From positions 88,848,001 through 88,912,000 of the forward strand of contig NC_086108.1 of NCBI RefSeq assembly GCF_963921235.1: DNA of 64,000 bases. Reading direction: 5' to 3'. Source of the DNA: Mobula hypostoma. Its lineage: Eukaryota. A program made the position numbers and the translations under genes. Of the stretch, positions 38,107 to 50,306 are shown piece by piece; position 1 is the stretch's first letter, and every line of letters begins with the position of its first letter. The notes below the pieces were generated by a model. The model had not been told where the DNA came from. It worked only from the letters and a program-made list of their open reading frames with translations, and searched no databases.

Positions 38107-39892
38107 TGTAATCCAGGCTGATTAAATTCAAAAGATGTAATGTTAGAAAACTCTACCAGTGGATTGACAAAAACAAGGGTTACCAAATTAAAAAAAGAGG
38201 CAACTTGAAAACAAAATCTCTTTGAGAACAAGGCGTGGCTGATGAGGCGTAGACATGCATCAGAAACACAGCAAACCATAGAAACTAACTAAAGATAAAA
38301 ACTGTTGAAAGTGGAATTAGTAGTCAGTATCTCTATCCTCAGGGTGAAATCCCTGGAGGGAGATATGTCTATGAAGGTTCTCAGTCATTCAGGTTATTGT
38401 ATATCAAGCAGCAAATCAAGGCAACTGGACTTGCTATGTTGTCTAGAAGATGTTTTGCCACTCAACCAAGAGACTTCTGCAATTCTAATCCATGGTGGCT
38501 GGTTTTTCAATTTATAAACTCTGTTGCTTCAAGGTATAGCAATCACGTGAAGGTCTCATCTTTGCATGAATGGATGTGTGAACTGTTGTGAAAATGTCAG
38601 GGTAGAGATGTTAGGGCTGCGTTGTAAGTAACTGATAGGTGGTGTCGTACCTGGAGGGAGACAATATCGATAAAAGATTTATTGAAGCTACAGCTATAAC
38701 GAGCACCAGCTCTAGTGAGACGATATCAGTATGGAGCAGTGTACAAGATCTCTACCATGTAACTGGGAATTAGTTGTTAAATCATGCCAAGGGTTTTGGT
38801 GAATTAAAACACTTTTACTGTTCCGAGTGTATAATTGGTCTGTAAAATATGTTTAGTAGTAGTAATTGAGAAATATTTGGAAATGACAATGTGATATTGA
38901 GTTATTTTGAAATAGAAAATAGAATGCACATAAGAATTCATGGATTGTAATCCTGTTGTGTACAGGCCAGTTTTTTTTTGTGTAAGTATTGTGAATCCAC
39001 TTTTCATGGATGACCCACTATTTCATCCAACAAACCAAGAAACAAGATAGCAGCCACCCAAGATCAAAGAATCAGATCAGGAACAGAATGATCCACAGAG
39101 ACATAGAAGATTTAATATGGTTGGATGTACAAGTTTATTTATCGTTCAAAGGATTTGAATTTGATTTTCTGGAAGAACTAATTATTTTTAGAAAGACATT
39201 GATAAGTTACTGAATGAGATTTACTTTGTTTAAAAGTTGTGATGTTGGAGAATTGTTGTGAAAGCTATTATGCTGTATATGTACATATATCTGGTGTTGA
39301 ATTTGAATTTGCAGTCATACTGACCTGAAACCGAAACTCTGGTTAACTATAACAATTAAAATCAGAATTCAATTAGTTTCCTAACTAGAAACAAGAAAAA
39401 TTCTGCAGATGCTGGAAATCCGAGCAACACACACAGAATGCTAGAGGAACTCGGCAGGCTAGGCAGCATCTAGGAAAAGAGTACAGTTGATGTTTTGGGC
39501 TGACTAGGGATAAATAGAAAGGCAAATGTTAGTCTGTAAGCCTTTAAGTAGGGAATAACACGATCTAATTAGAGAAATTGGAGTAATAAAGGTTATTGTA
39601 TTGTAACTAAAAAGGAATTTGGTTTTTGTTTGATATCTTAGATTTGGTCCCTAAACAGAATGCTGGAATTTTGAATTGTTCTTACTCATGTTGTAAATAT
39701 TATGTATGTATTACTATTTTTGTAAACAAAACTTCTCTAGAAGTGAGTGTTTTCTATTCACTACATTCTTCCAATACCTAGAGTTTCTGATGGCCCACTA
39801 GTACCTAGTGTGGTATTATGTAATCTGATTTTCTCATTAAGAGTGCGGCGACCAGTCATACGAAATAAGACAAGCACTACACAGGTGCTACA
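38107..39892. mobile_element. Candidate solo LTR (or unclassified insertion) inside CR1, with nested Penelope fragments
   Basis: Interrupts collinear CR1. Begins TGTA and ends TACA; no recognisable coding signal; TSD not clean (atca / atgt). Penelope terminal fragment at about 39390-39505(-). Confidence 0.45.
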
Positions 39893-42800
39893 ATGTATTA
39901 TAGTGGAATACAGGGAATTACAGAGGCATGAGAGAGATGCTGGCTTGTTGATTGGAAGGAGACAATACCAGGGATCAAATCAGAACAGCAATGGCTGGAT
40001 TTTCTGGGGGCAATTCAGTAGACGCAGGATCCAAAGATGAAGGAGTCTTCTAAAGGGAGAATGAGGCAACTGTGGCTGACAAGGGAAGTCACGGAGAGCA
40101 TAAAAAGAAAAGGGGGGCATCTAATATAGCAAAATTGATTTAAACGACTGGGAAGCTTTTAAAAACTAACAAAAGGAAACTTAAAAAGTCATAAAAAGAG
40201 AAAAGTCAAAATTTGAAGGTAAGCTAGCCAATAATATAAAAGAGGATACCAAGCCTTTTCAGATATTTAAAGATTAAAAGAGAATTATGAGTGGATATCA
40301 GACTGCTGGAAAATGACACTGGAGAGGTAGTAATAGAGTATAAAGAAGTGGTGGATGAATTTAATTAATATGTTGCGTCAGTCTTCACTGTGGATTATAC
40401 AGCAGCTTGCCAGAGCATCAGGAGGCAGTGTGAGTGTAATAATCTTTGAAGAATCACTAGATTCTAGAACAGTTTCGGAAGAGTTGATGCTACTCCATTA
40501 CTTAATAACAGAGGGAAGCAGAGAAAGGGAAATCATAGGCCAGTTAGCCTGACTTCTGTGGTTGGGAAGATGCTGGAGTCCATTATTAAGGTGTCAGGAT
40601 ACTTGGAGACACAGGATAAAACAGGCCAAAGTCAGCATAAATACCTTCAGGGGAAATCTTGCCTAACAAATCTTTGAAGACATAACTGGCAGGATGGTGA
40701 AAGATGAGTCAGTGGATGTTGTTTACTTGGATTTTCAGAATGCTTTTGTCAAGGAGCCGCACATGAGACTGTGAAACAAGATAAGAACCAATGATACTAC
40801 AAGAAAGATACTAGCATGGATAGAAGATTGGCTGACTGGCAGGAGGCAAAGAATGAGAATAAAATGTGCCTTTTCTGGTTGGCTGCCAGTGACTTGTGGT
40901 GGGTGTTCCACAGGGGTCATTGTTGGGATTGCTTCTTTTCACGTTATATGTCAATAACTTGAATGACAGAATTGGTGGTTTTATGGCCAAATTTGAAGAA
41001 TATAAAGATTGGTGAAGAAGATAGTATTGTTGAGGATGCAAAGAAGCTGCTGATGGACTTGGACAGATTGGGAGAATGAGCAACGAAGTGGCAGATGGAA
41101 TGCTGTGTAGAAAAGTCTATGGTCATGCACTTTAGTAGAAGGAATGATTTAAGACTACAGTTCATTGGCTCTGCATAGATGATTTTCAAAAGGGGGAGAA
41201 AATTCATAAATCGGGGTGCAAAGTGATGTGGGAGTCCTTGTGCAGTATTCCTGAAAGGTTAACTTGCAGTTTGAGTCAGTGACAAGGAAGACAAACGTAA
41301 TATTAGCATTCATTTTGAGAGGACTGGAATATAAAAAGCAAGAATGTAATGCTAAGACTTTAAAAGGCATTGGTCAGACTGCTCTTAGAGTATTACGATA
41401 CTTTTGGGCCCCTTATCTAAGAAAAGATGTGCTGACATTGGAGAGGGTCCAGAGGAGGTTCACAAGAATGATTTTGGCAATGTAAGGGTTAACATATGAG
41501 GAGCTCAGGGCCTATACTCGCTCGGGTTTAAAAGAATGGTGGGTACTGGGGAAAACTAATTGAAGCCTATTGAATATTGAAAGGCCTGGATAAAATGGAT
41601 ATGGAGAGATGTTTCCTAAAGTGGAGGAGTCTAGGACCAGAGGGCACTGCCTCAGAACAGAGGGACATCCATTTAAAACAAAGATGAGGAGGTATTTATG
41701 TAGCCAGAGGGTCTATGGAAGTCATTGCCACAGACAGCTGTGGAGATCAAGTCTTTGAATATATTTAAAATGGAGGTTGATAGGTTCCTGATTGGTGAGG
41801 ATGTCAAAGGTTATAGGGAGAAGGCAGGAAAAAGGGGTTGAGTGGGATAATAAATTACCCATGATGCAATGGTGGAGCAGACTTGATGGGCTGAATGGTC
41901 AAATTTGATCCTATGTCTTATGGTCTTGTAATATATTTCTTTTCTGTACTGTAATTCAGACTAATCAACTAAACTGCAGGTGGAAAATCAGCTTTAATAA
42001 AACAAAATACTACTGTTAAGTTCCTTGTTCCTAAAATTACAACTGGAATTGAGAAATCATTTCAACAAAATGGCTTTCTAATTAATTAAATTTCAAATGC
42101 ACTTCAAGTAGCCTATGGCAGTTCCACAGGGCACAGCAGGCTTACTCTCCAGAATATTTGTCACGGGGAACTGGAAATCATTAGGGTGCAAAATATTTTC
42201 TTTCTGTCTCCATGATAGATGGTACTAAAGCCACCTCACTATTCCCCAAAGAAATTATGGAGGAACCTGTGGCCTAAGGGGAAAGAGAAAGCTGAATCAG
42301 ATAATGATAGATTTGTTGTAACACAGAGCAAACATTATTTTGACCATGGAGTCAATGCTGGTTCCTAGTACAGAACACCTGTCAGTTCAATTCCTCAATT
42401 CTTTCCTCATGGTGCTGTGGATTATTATATCTCAAGCATAATCCATTTCCCCTTCGAAGGCATTGATTGTTTCCACCAGCCTAACAGTAGTGAATTCCAA
42501 CTGCTAATCACTCTCTCAGTAACGTTTCTCCTTACACCCCTATTGTAACCTTTGCCCACATTTTAAAATCTGTGCCCACAGTTTTGTTCAAACCATCTCC
42601 ATTTGTTAGTCTCTCTAATACACTCATGATCAACTGTTCCTCAGTCAAGTATCCCCACAGCCTTATTTGCTTCAAGGAGAATTTCCCCTGCTTTTCCCTT
42701 GTAGCTGAAATCCATCATTCTACAAACCACTGCGATAAATCTTTTCTGCTTCCGCTCTTTGACCCTCACATCCTTCCTAAACTGTGCAGACCAGAAATGG

Positions 42801-43659
42801 ACATAACATTCTATTTCTGGCTTAACCTGTAAAAATTCAACATAACTTCCTTGATTTACGCCCCTTGATTTGATTTAGGCACCTCACTATCCCATATACT
42901 TAACAAGTTACTCTCTCAAGTATTTGTTTCTACATCCAGGTTCTCCACGGATTCTTTAGAACTGTGGTATTTATTCTATTTTACTCTAAGTACGTATTAA
43001 AAATAATTAAAGTTGGGAAAGGACATATACTTGTAGAATTAATGGAACTAAAGTCCCGTGAATTCCTTGAACTTGGCTGCCTTTATCTTAAGGCACTGTA
43101 AATGAGCATTATGGAGACATTTCCTGCATTAGTCGTAACCTTCCCAGTTTGCCTAGAACTGTAAGTCAGCAAATATAATACTGCTTCCAAGATGTGACAG
43201 AGAAGGTAGAAGACAAGGGATTGGTAGGTTGACATTATCCACTGTCTATCATGATGGCACAATTCTACAGCACTTAGAAACTGATAATTTGATTTCTGAA
43301 AGGTAATTTGTATTGGACAAAACCAATAGAGTTTGCTGAGTGTAACTTGTAGGAAGATTCATTGGATATAGTTTCCTTGATATTCAGCCCCAGACAGCAG
43401 TGCTCAACATATTTTATAGTCATGTTAGAGAGTAGTGTTCTGTTGCTGAAATTTATTTCATTGACTTCAATGGAATAAATTTCAGAGGTAAGGTACAGTG
43501 TGCTGGTGTGACAATGTAGCACTTTTAATGACAGCAATTGGAATTAACTTTCTGGCAAATGTTTGATGTTCCTAATGATGCCGAGTAAAGTATCACATAA
43601 GATAAATATTAATAGGGATAATTCACTTCCTTCTTTTAAAAAGTACTCTGAATTTAAAG

Positions 43660-44180
43660 TCCCACCTAAGACTTGGAGTATTGCGTCCAGCTCTGGTTAA
43701 CTCAATACTGTATTGGAAGGATGTGAAACCTTTAGAGAGGGTGCAGTAGAGATTTACCATGCTGCTGCCTGGATTAGAGAGCATGTCTTATGAGGTTAGG
43801 TTGGGTGAGCTACGTTTCTCTTGTAGGAGAGAAGGAAAATGAGAGGTGACTTGATGATATGAAGAGTAGACAGAGTGGACAGCCAAAGACCTTTCCCCAG
43901 GATGGAAATGACTAATATGAGGGGGCATAACTTTAAAGTGTTTGGGGGAAAGTACAGGGAGATATCAGAGATAGATTTTTAATGTAGAAAGTGGTAGGTA
44001 GATAGACAATGCTGCCAGGGGTAGTGGTAGAGAAAGATCCATTAGGGACATTTAAGAGTCTCTTAGATAGGCATGTGGATGAAAGAAAAACTAAGGGTTA
44101 TGAAGGAGGGAAGCATTAGGTTGATCTTTGAAGGCTCGTCATAACATTATGGGCTGAAGGCCTGTTCTGCACGATGCTCT
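43660..44180 (+). mobile_element. CR1 3' fragment
   Basis: acttggagtattgcgtccagctctgg...gagaggtgacttgat...gaagggcctgttctg. Confidence 0.75.
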
Positions 44181-44224
44181 AAGAGGACAGTTGGGACTTT
44201 GGTTTAACGGCATATCTGAAATTC

Positions 44225-46428
44225 CAATGTGTCGGTATTACAATGGAATAAAGGAAATTACAATGGCATGACAGGGGAACTGGCCAAGATTGACTGGAAA
44301 GGGACACTAGCAGGAAAGACAGCAGAGCAGCAAAGGCTGGAGTTTCTGCAAAAAATGAGGGAAGTGCAAGTCCAAATAAGAAGAATTTTTTGAATGGAAG
44401 AAGGCAATACCATGGCTGACAAGCGAAGTCAGAGCCAAAGTAAAAGCAAAAGAGAGGGCATACAAGGAAGCCAAAGTTAATGGGAAGACAGAGAATTGGG
44501 AAGCTTTTAAAAACTTGCAGAAGGAAACTAAGAAGGTTATTAGGAAGGAAAAGATGAATTATGAAAGGAAGCTGGCAATTAATATTAAAGAAGATACTAA
44601 AAGCTTTTTTTAAATATATAAAGGGTATAGGAGAGTTAAGGGTAGATATAGGACTAATAAAAAATGATGCTGGAGATATTGTAATGAGAGACACAGAAAT
44701 GGCAGAGGAACTGAATGTGTATTTTGCATCAGTCTTCACAGTGGAAGACATCTTCAGTATACCAGACATTTCAGAGTGTTAGGGAAGTGAAGTTTGTGCA
44801 GTGAAAATTACGACTGAGAAGGTGCCCAGGAAGCTTAATGGTCTGAGGGTGGATAAATCTCCTGGACTTGATAGAATGCACCCTCTGATTCTGAAGGAAG
44901 CAGCTGGAGAGATTGTAGAGGCATTAACAATGATCTTTCAAAAACAGATAGATTCTGGCATTGTACTGGATGGCTGGAAAACTGCAAATGTTACTCCGCT
45001 ATTTAAGAAGGGTGGGAGGCAGTAGAAAGGAAACTGCAGACCTGTTAGCCTGACATCAGTGGTTGGTGTTGTTGGAATCGATTGTTAGGGATGAGATTAC
45101 GGATTACCTGGAGGCACATGACAAGATAGGCCAAAGCCAGCATAGGTTCCAGAAAGAAAAATCTTGCCTGACTAACCTACTGCAGTTTTTTGAGGAAGTT
45201 ACAAACAGGGTAGACAAAGGAGATGCAGTAGATGTGATGCACTTGGATTTTCAGAAGGTCTTTGACAAGGTGCTGCTCATAGACTGCTTAGCAAGATAAG
45301 AGCCCATAGAATTACAGGGAAGTTACTAGCCGGGGTGGAGCTTTGGCTGGTCGGCAGGAAACGGAGGTGGGAACAAAGGGATCCTATTCTGGCTGGCTGC
45401 AGGTTACCAGTGGAGTTCCACAGGGGTCGGTGTTGGGACGCTGCTTTTTACGATGTATGTCAATGATGCGCAGTACGTGATTAATGGATTTCGGCTAACT
45501 TTACCGATGATACAAAAATAGGTGGAGGAGCAGGTAGTGTTGAGGAAACAGACAGCCTGTGGAGAAACTTAGATAGTTTAGCGGAATGGGCAAAGAAGTA
45601 GCAAATGAAATACAATGTTGGAAAGTGTATGGTCATGCACTTTGGTGGAAGAAATAAATGGGCAGACTATTATTTAGATGGGGAGAGAATTCAAAATGCA
45701 GAGATGCAAAGGGACTTCAGAGTCCTTGTGCAGGATACCATAAAGGTTAACCTGCAGGTTGAGTCTGTGGTGAAGAAAGTGAATGCAATGTTGGCATTCA
45801 TTTCTAGAGGTATAGAATATAAGAGCAGGGATGTGATGTTGAGGCTGTAAAAGTCACTCGTTAGACCACACTTGGAGTATTGTTGCAGTTTTGGGCCCTT
45901 TATTTTAGAAAGGATATACTGACATTGGAGAGGATTCAGAGAAGATTCACGAGAATGATTCCAGGAATGAAAGGGCTACCGTTTGAGGAACGTCTGGCAG
46001 CTCTGGGGCTGTATTCCCTGGAGTTCAGGAGAATGAGGGGGGGGATCTCATAGAAACATTCAGAATGTTAAAAGCCTGAACAGAATAGATATGGCAAAAT
46101 TATTTCCCATGGTAGGGGAGTCCAGGAGGAGAGGGCACGACTTCAAGATTGAAGAATGTCAATTTAGAACAGAGATGCGGAGAAATGACTTTAGTTAGAT
46201 GGTGGTAAATCTGTGGAATTGGTTGTTATGAGCGGCTGTGGAGGCCAAGTCATTGGATGCATTTAAGGCAGAGATAGATAGGTTCTTGATTAGCCAGGGC
46301 ATCAAAGGGTGGGGAGAAGGCAGGGGAGTGAGGATGACTGGAAGAATTAGATCGTGACATGATTGAATAGAAAACAGACTGGATGGGCCGAATGGCCTGC
46401 TTCTGCTCCTATATCTTATGGTCTTAAA
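44225..46428 (+). mobile_element. CR1 LINE ORF2 (RT) to 3' tail, 5'-truncated and degenerate
   Basis: DKSPGLD, ANVTPLFKKG, SCLTNLLQFFEEVT, DFQKVFDKV and RGIEYKSRDVML. Tail cctatatcttatggtctta. Confidence 0.92.
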
Positions 46429-49359
46429 ACTAACATCTCCAATGCAACTGCACCTTAGTATCAGCCCTCATTTTCCTGCTTAAGCCTCTACAATGGGACA
46501 TGAACCTACAACCCTTTGAATCAGAGGCCATGATGCTATTAACTGCATCACAGATACATGACATATGTGTGCCTGTGTCAACTGAGTAAGCAAATTTTGA
46601 AATGAAATAAAACAGAAGAGAACTATTGAATAACTTTTTGTCTCAGGTAACATAAATTTGTTTTTTATTCAGATCAGAGCACAGCAATTCTGCATGTCCT
46701 GGGCATGAAAAGCTCTCAGATATTTCAATATGAACTGTGTGACAATCAAAATGCCTGCATCAAGCATTTGCTTAAATATTTTAGGCAAGGAATTCTCAAC
46801 TTTCGCATTCTTCAAGGCAACATATATTCTGTGCAAGATGGCGTCAGTGACTGACAAGACTAATGGCAATGTATTGTAGACAGTTCACAAAACTACTTCT
46901 TCTCATTCTTGTTCTTTAAATACTTCTATACAGTACTTCTACTACTAACCTGTGTGCAATTGGAGCCTGTAATTTACATTTTGATAATCTGCTTTTGGGC
47001 TGACCGAGCTATCCGGCAATTTTGCTGTTTCTATGGCCTAATGGTGGAGCATGAACTCATGATCAGCTCCATTTCTCGCTGTTCTTGCCAATTAAAGTGT
47101 CAAGCAAGATTTAAATCAATGAGGAGGAGAGCGGAAGGTGAGAGGGTGCCCAGCACCATCTGCCTGTGTTTGATCAGTCTCCCTCTCCCTTTCACCTGCT
47201 GTTGCCAGAGGAAGGTGGAGGAGTATTATTTCTTGGGCAAGGTTTGAGCGGGCAGCGGAGTGAGAGGCGGCAGAGTGATAGGGCTTTGGCTCAATGGGCT
47301 TAGGCGGTAATGGGACGAGATGAGGTAAGTTTACCTGTGTTAATTGCTGAAAGGAAGTAGTATGCGTGTGAGGCCGGTTTTCTGTGCTCGGTGTCAGGTG
47401 TGGGAGGTCCTGGAGTCTCCCAGTCTCCTGAACGGCCATATCTGCACCCGGTATGTCGAACTGCAGCTCCTAAGGGACGGAGTTAGAGAACTGGAGATGC
47501 AACTTGATGACCTTTGCCTGGTCAGGGAGGGTGAGGATGTGATAGAAAGGAGTTATAGGCAGGTGATCACACCGGGGCCATGGGAGACAGACAAGTGGGT
47601 CACAGTCAGGAGAGGGAAGGGGAAGAGTCAGGTACTAGAGAGAACCCCTGTGGCTGTACCCCTTGACAATAAGTACTCCTGTTTAAGTATTGTTGGGGGG
47701 GACTCCCTACTTGGGGGGAAGCAACAGTGGCCCTGTGGCTCAGAAGGGTAGGGAAAGGAAGAGGAAGGCAGTAGTGATAGGGGACACTATAGTTGGGCAG
47801 TCAAACAGGCGATTCTGCGGACGCGGAAAAGGAACTCGGATGGTAGTTTGCCTTCAAGTTGCCAGGGTCTGGGATGTTTCAAATCGTGTCCAAGATATCC
47901 TGCAGTGGGAGGGAGAACAGCCAGAGGTTGTGGTACATATTGGTACTAGTGACATAGGTAGGAAAAGGGAGAGGTCCTGAAAGCAGACTACAGGGAGTTA
48001 GGAAGGAAGTTGAGATGCAGGATCACGAAGGTAGTAATCTTGGGATTGCTGCCTGTGCCATGCAACAGTGAGTATAGGAATAGAAGGAGGTGGAGGGTAA
48101 ATGCGTGGCTGAGGGATTGGAGCAGGGGGCAGGGATTCAGATTTCTGGATCATTGGGATCTCTTTTGGGGCAGGCGTGACCTGTACAAAAAGGACGGGTT
48201 GCACTGGAATCCCAGGGGGACTAATATTCTGGTGGGGAAGTTTGCTAAGGCTACTGGGGAGAGTTTAAACTAGAATTGTTGCGGGGTGGGAACCAAACTG
48301 AAGAGACTGGGGAAGAGGAGGTTGACTCACAAATAGAGAAAGCTTGTAGACACTGCAACAGGGACGATAGGCAGGTGATAGAGAAGGGACGCGCTCAGAC
48401 GGACGGTTTGAGATGTGTCTATTTTAACGCTAGGAGTATTGTGAACAAAGCGGATGAGCTTTGAGCGTGGATCAGTACTTGGAAATATGATGTGGTGGCC
48501 ATTACAGAGACCTGGATGGCTCAGGGACAGGAATGGTTACTTCAAATGCCATGTTTTAGATGTTTCGGAAAGGACAGGGAGGGAAGCAAAAGAGGTGGGG
48601 GCGTGGCACTGTTGATCAGAGGTAGTGTCACGGCTGTAGAAAAGGTGGACGCCATGGAGGGATTGTCTACAGAGCCTCTGTGGGTGGAGGTTAGGAACAG
48701 GAAAGGGTCAATAACTTTACTGGGTGTTTTTTATATGCCGCCCAATAGTAACAGGGATATTGAGGAGCAGCTAGAGAAACAGATCCTGGAAAGGTGTAAT
48801 AATGACAGAGTTGTCGTGATGGGAGATTTTAATTTCCCAAATATCGATTGGCATATCCCTAGATCAAGGTCTTCAGATGGGGTGGTGTTTGTTAGGTGTG
48901 TCTCTTGACACAATATGTAGATAAGCCTACAAGAGGAGAGGCTGTACTTGATTTAGTATTGGGAAATGAACCTGGTCAGATGTCAGATCTCTCAGTGGGA
49001 GAGCATTTTGGATATAGTGATCATAATTCTATCTCCTTTACAATAGCATTGGAGAGAGATAGGAACAGACAAGTTAGAAAAGTGTTTAATTGTAGTAAGG
49101 GGAATTGTGAGGCTATCAGGCAGGAAATTGGAAGCTTAAATTGTAAACAGATGTTCTCAGGGAAAAATACGGAAGAAATGTGGTAAATGTTCAGGGGATA
49201 TTTGTGTGGAGTTCTGCATAGGTACATTCCTATGAGACAGGGAAGTTATGGTAGGGTACAGGAACCATGGTGTACAAAGGCTGTAATAAATTTAGTCAAG
49301 AGGAAAAGAAAACCTTACAAAAGGTTTAGAGAGCTAGGTAATGTTAGAGATCTAGAAGA

Positions 49360-50207
49360 TGTGACGACAGACCAAATTATCAGAAGATTGATGCCGATAA
49401 GAGGACAATGGGGGAACATTCAGAAATGTTAATGAGAGACGAGAGGGATTAACGAAAAGGAGACACAGTTCCGAGTATTGTCAGAGACCGGTGGCTTTGA
49501 ACCCTGAACTGTTTGAAGTTTGATGGACAGGCGATACCCCAGCAGGGGGATAAAAAGGGACAGGTTCGCTAAGGCAACAGACACACGACACCACGAGGTA
49601 ACGAGACCCTGGAAGCGGTGTGCCCCCACAAGTTGGTGGAAGTTTTGGAGGTCTGATCGCGGGACCAGCCATAGACACACAGGGTAGAAAGATACGGTCG
49701 GGCGGGAACCCGGTGTGTGTGTCCGCTCTTGCCTGGGTGCCGGGTTCACCGCAGAAGAACAATCATATCTGGAACGGAGGGGTCACAGTCAGTGACCTCA
49801 GAAGACATTACAAAGGGCTCACCTGAAAGCTAACTGCAAGGAATATCGAAGGTCTGTTTGGAATCCGTTTTGAATATTCATTCGCTTTTGCTCTCTCTCT
49901 TCTTCCCCGCCCCAACGGCACAACAGCGATTACTGCGAACTGAACTGAACTAAATTGAACTGAACTTTGCGTCACTTGAAACTGATCATTTACCCCTAGA
50001 CTGTGATAGAGCTTGGCTGATCCTATTATCCTAGTTCTGTGTACATGTGTGTTTTATCATTGCTAAACTGTTGCATTTATATCCTTTTGATTAGAGTACT
50101 GTGTTGCTTATTTCTTTAATAAAACTTTCTTAGTTGCAGTAATCCAGACTCCAACTAAGTCTGTCCTTTTCTGCTGGTTTGGCAACCCAGTTACGGGGTA
50201 CGTAACA
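49360..50207 (+). repeat. 5' LTR (848 bp)
   Basis: tgtgacgacag...gtacgtaaca; direct repeat of 53416-54262; AATAAA at 50118-50123. Confidence 0.97.
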
Positions 50208-50211
50208 TAAG

Positions 50212-50230
50212 TGGGGTTCTCGTCCGCGAT
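50212..50230 (+). promoter_or_regulatory. Primer-binding site, tRNA-Pro-like
   Basis: tggggttctcgtccgcgat, 4 nt after the 5' LTR, compared with the canonical Pro PBS TGGGGGCTCGTCCGGGAT. Confidence 0.8.
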
Positions 50231-50306
50231 TTTGAACACTAAATTTGGGACGGGGTAAATTGATTGGGTTAAAATTCCCGAAAGAAAGAAAAGGCAAACA
50301 GCAGAA

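Larger units (their letters stand above)
35400..41930 (+). mobile_element. Old near full-length CR1 split into three pieces (35400-36120, 37160-38106, 39893-41930) by two insertions
   Basis: ORF1 N-terminus (ICTKCIELQLL) and esterase region. Collinear continuation at atcattgggatctcttc (37160) and at gtattatagtggaatacagggaattacagaggcatg (39895). Tail cctatgtcttatggtctt at about 41925. Confidence 0.8.
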
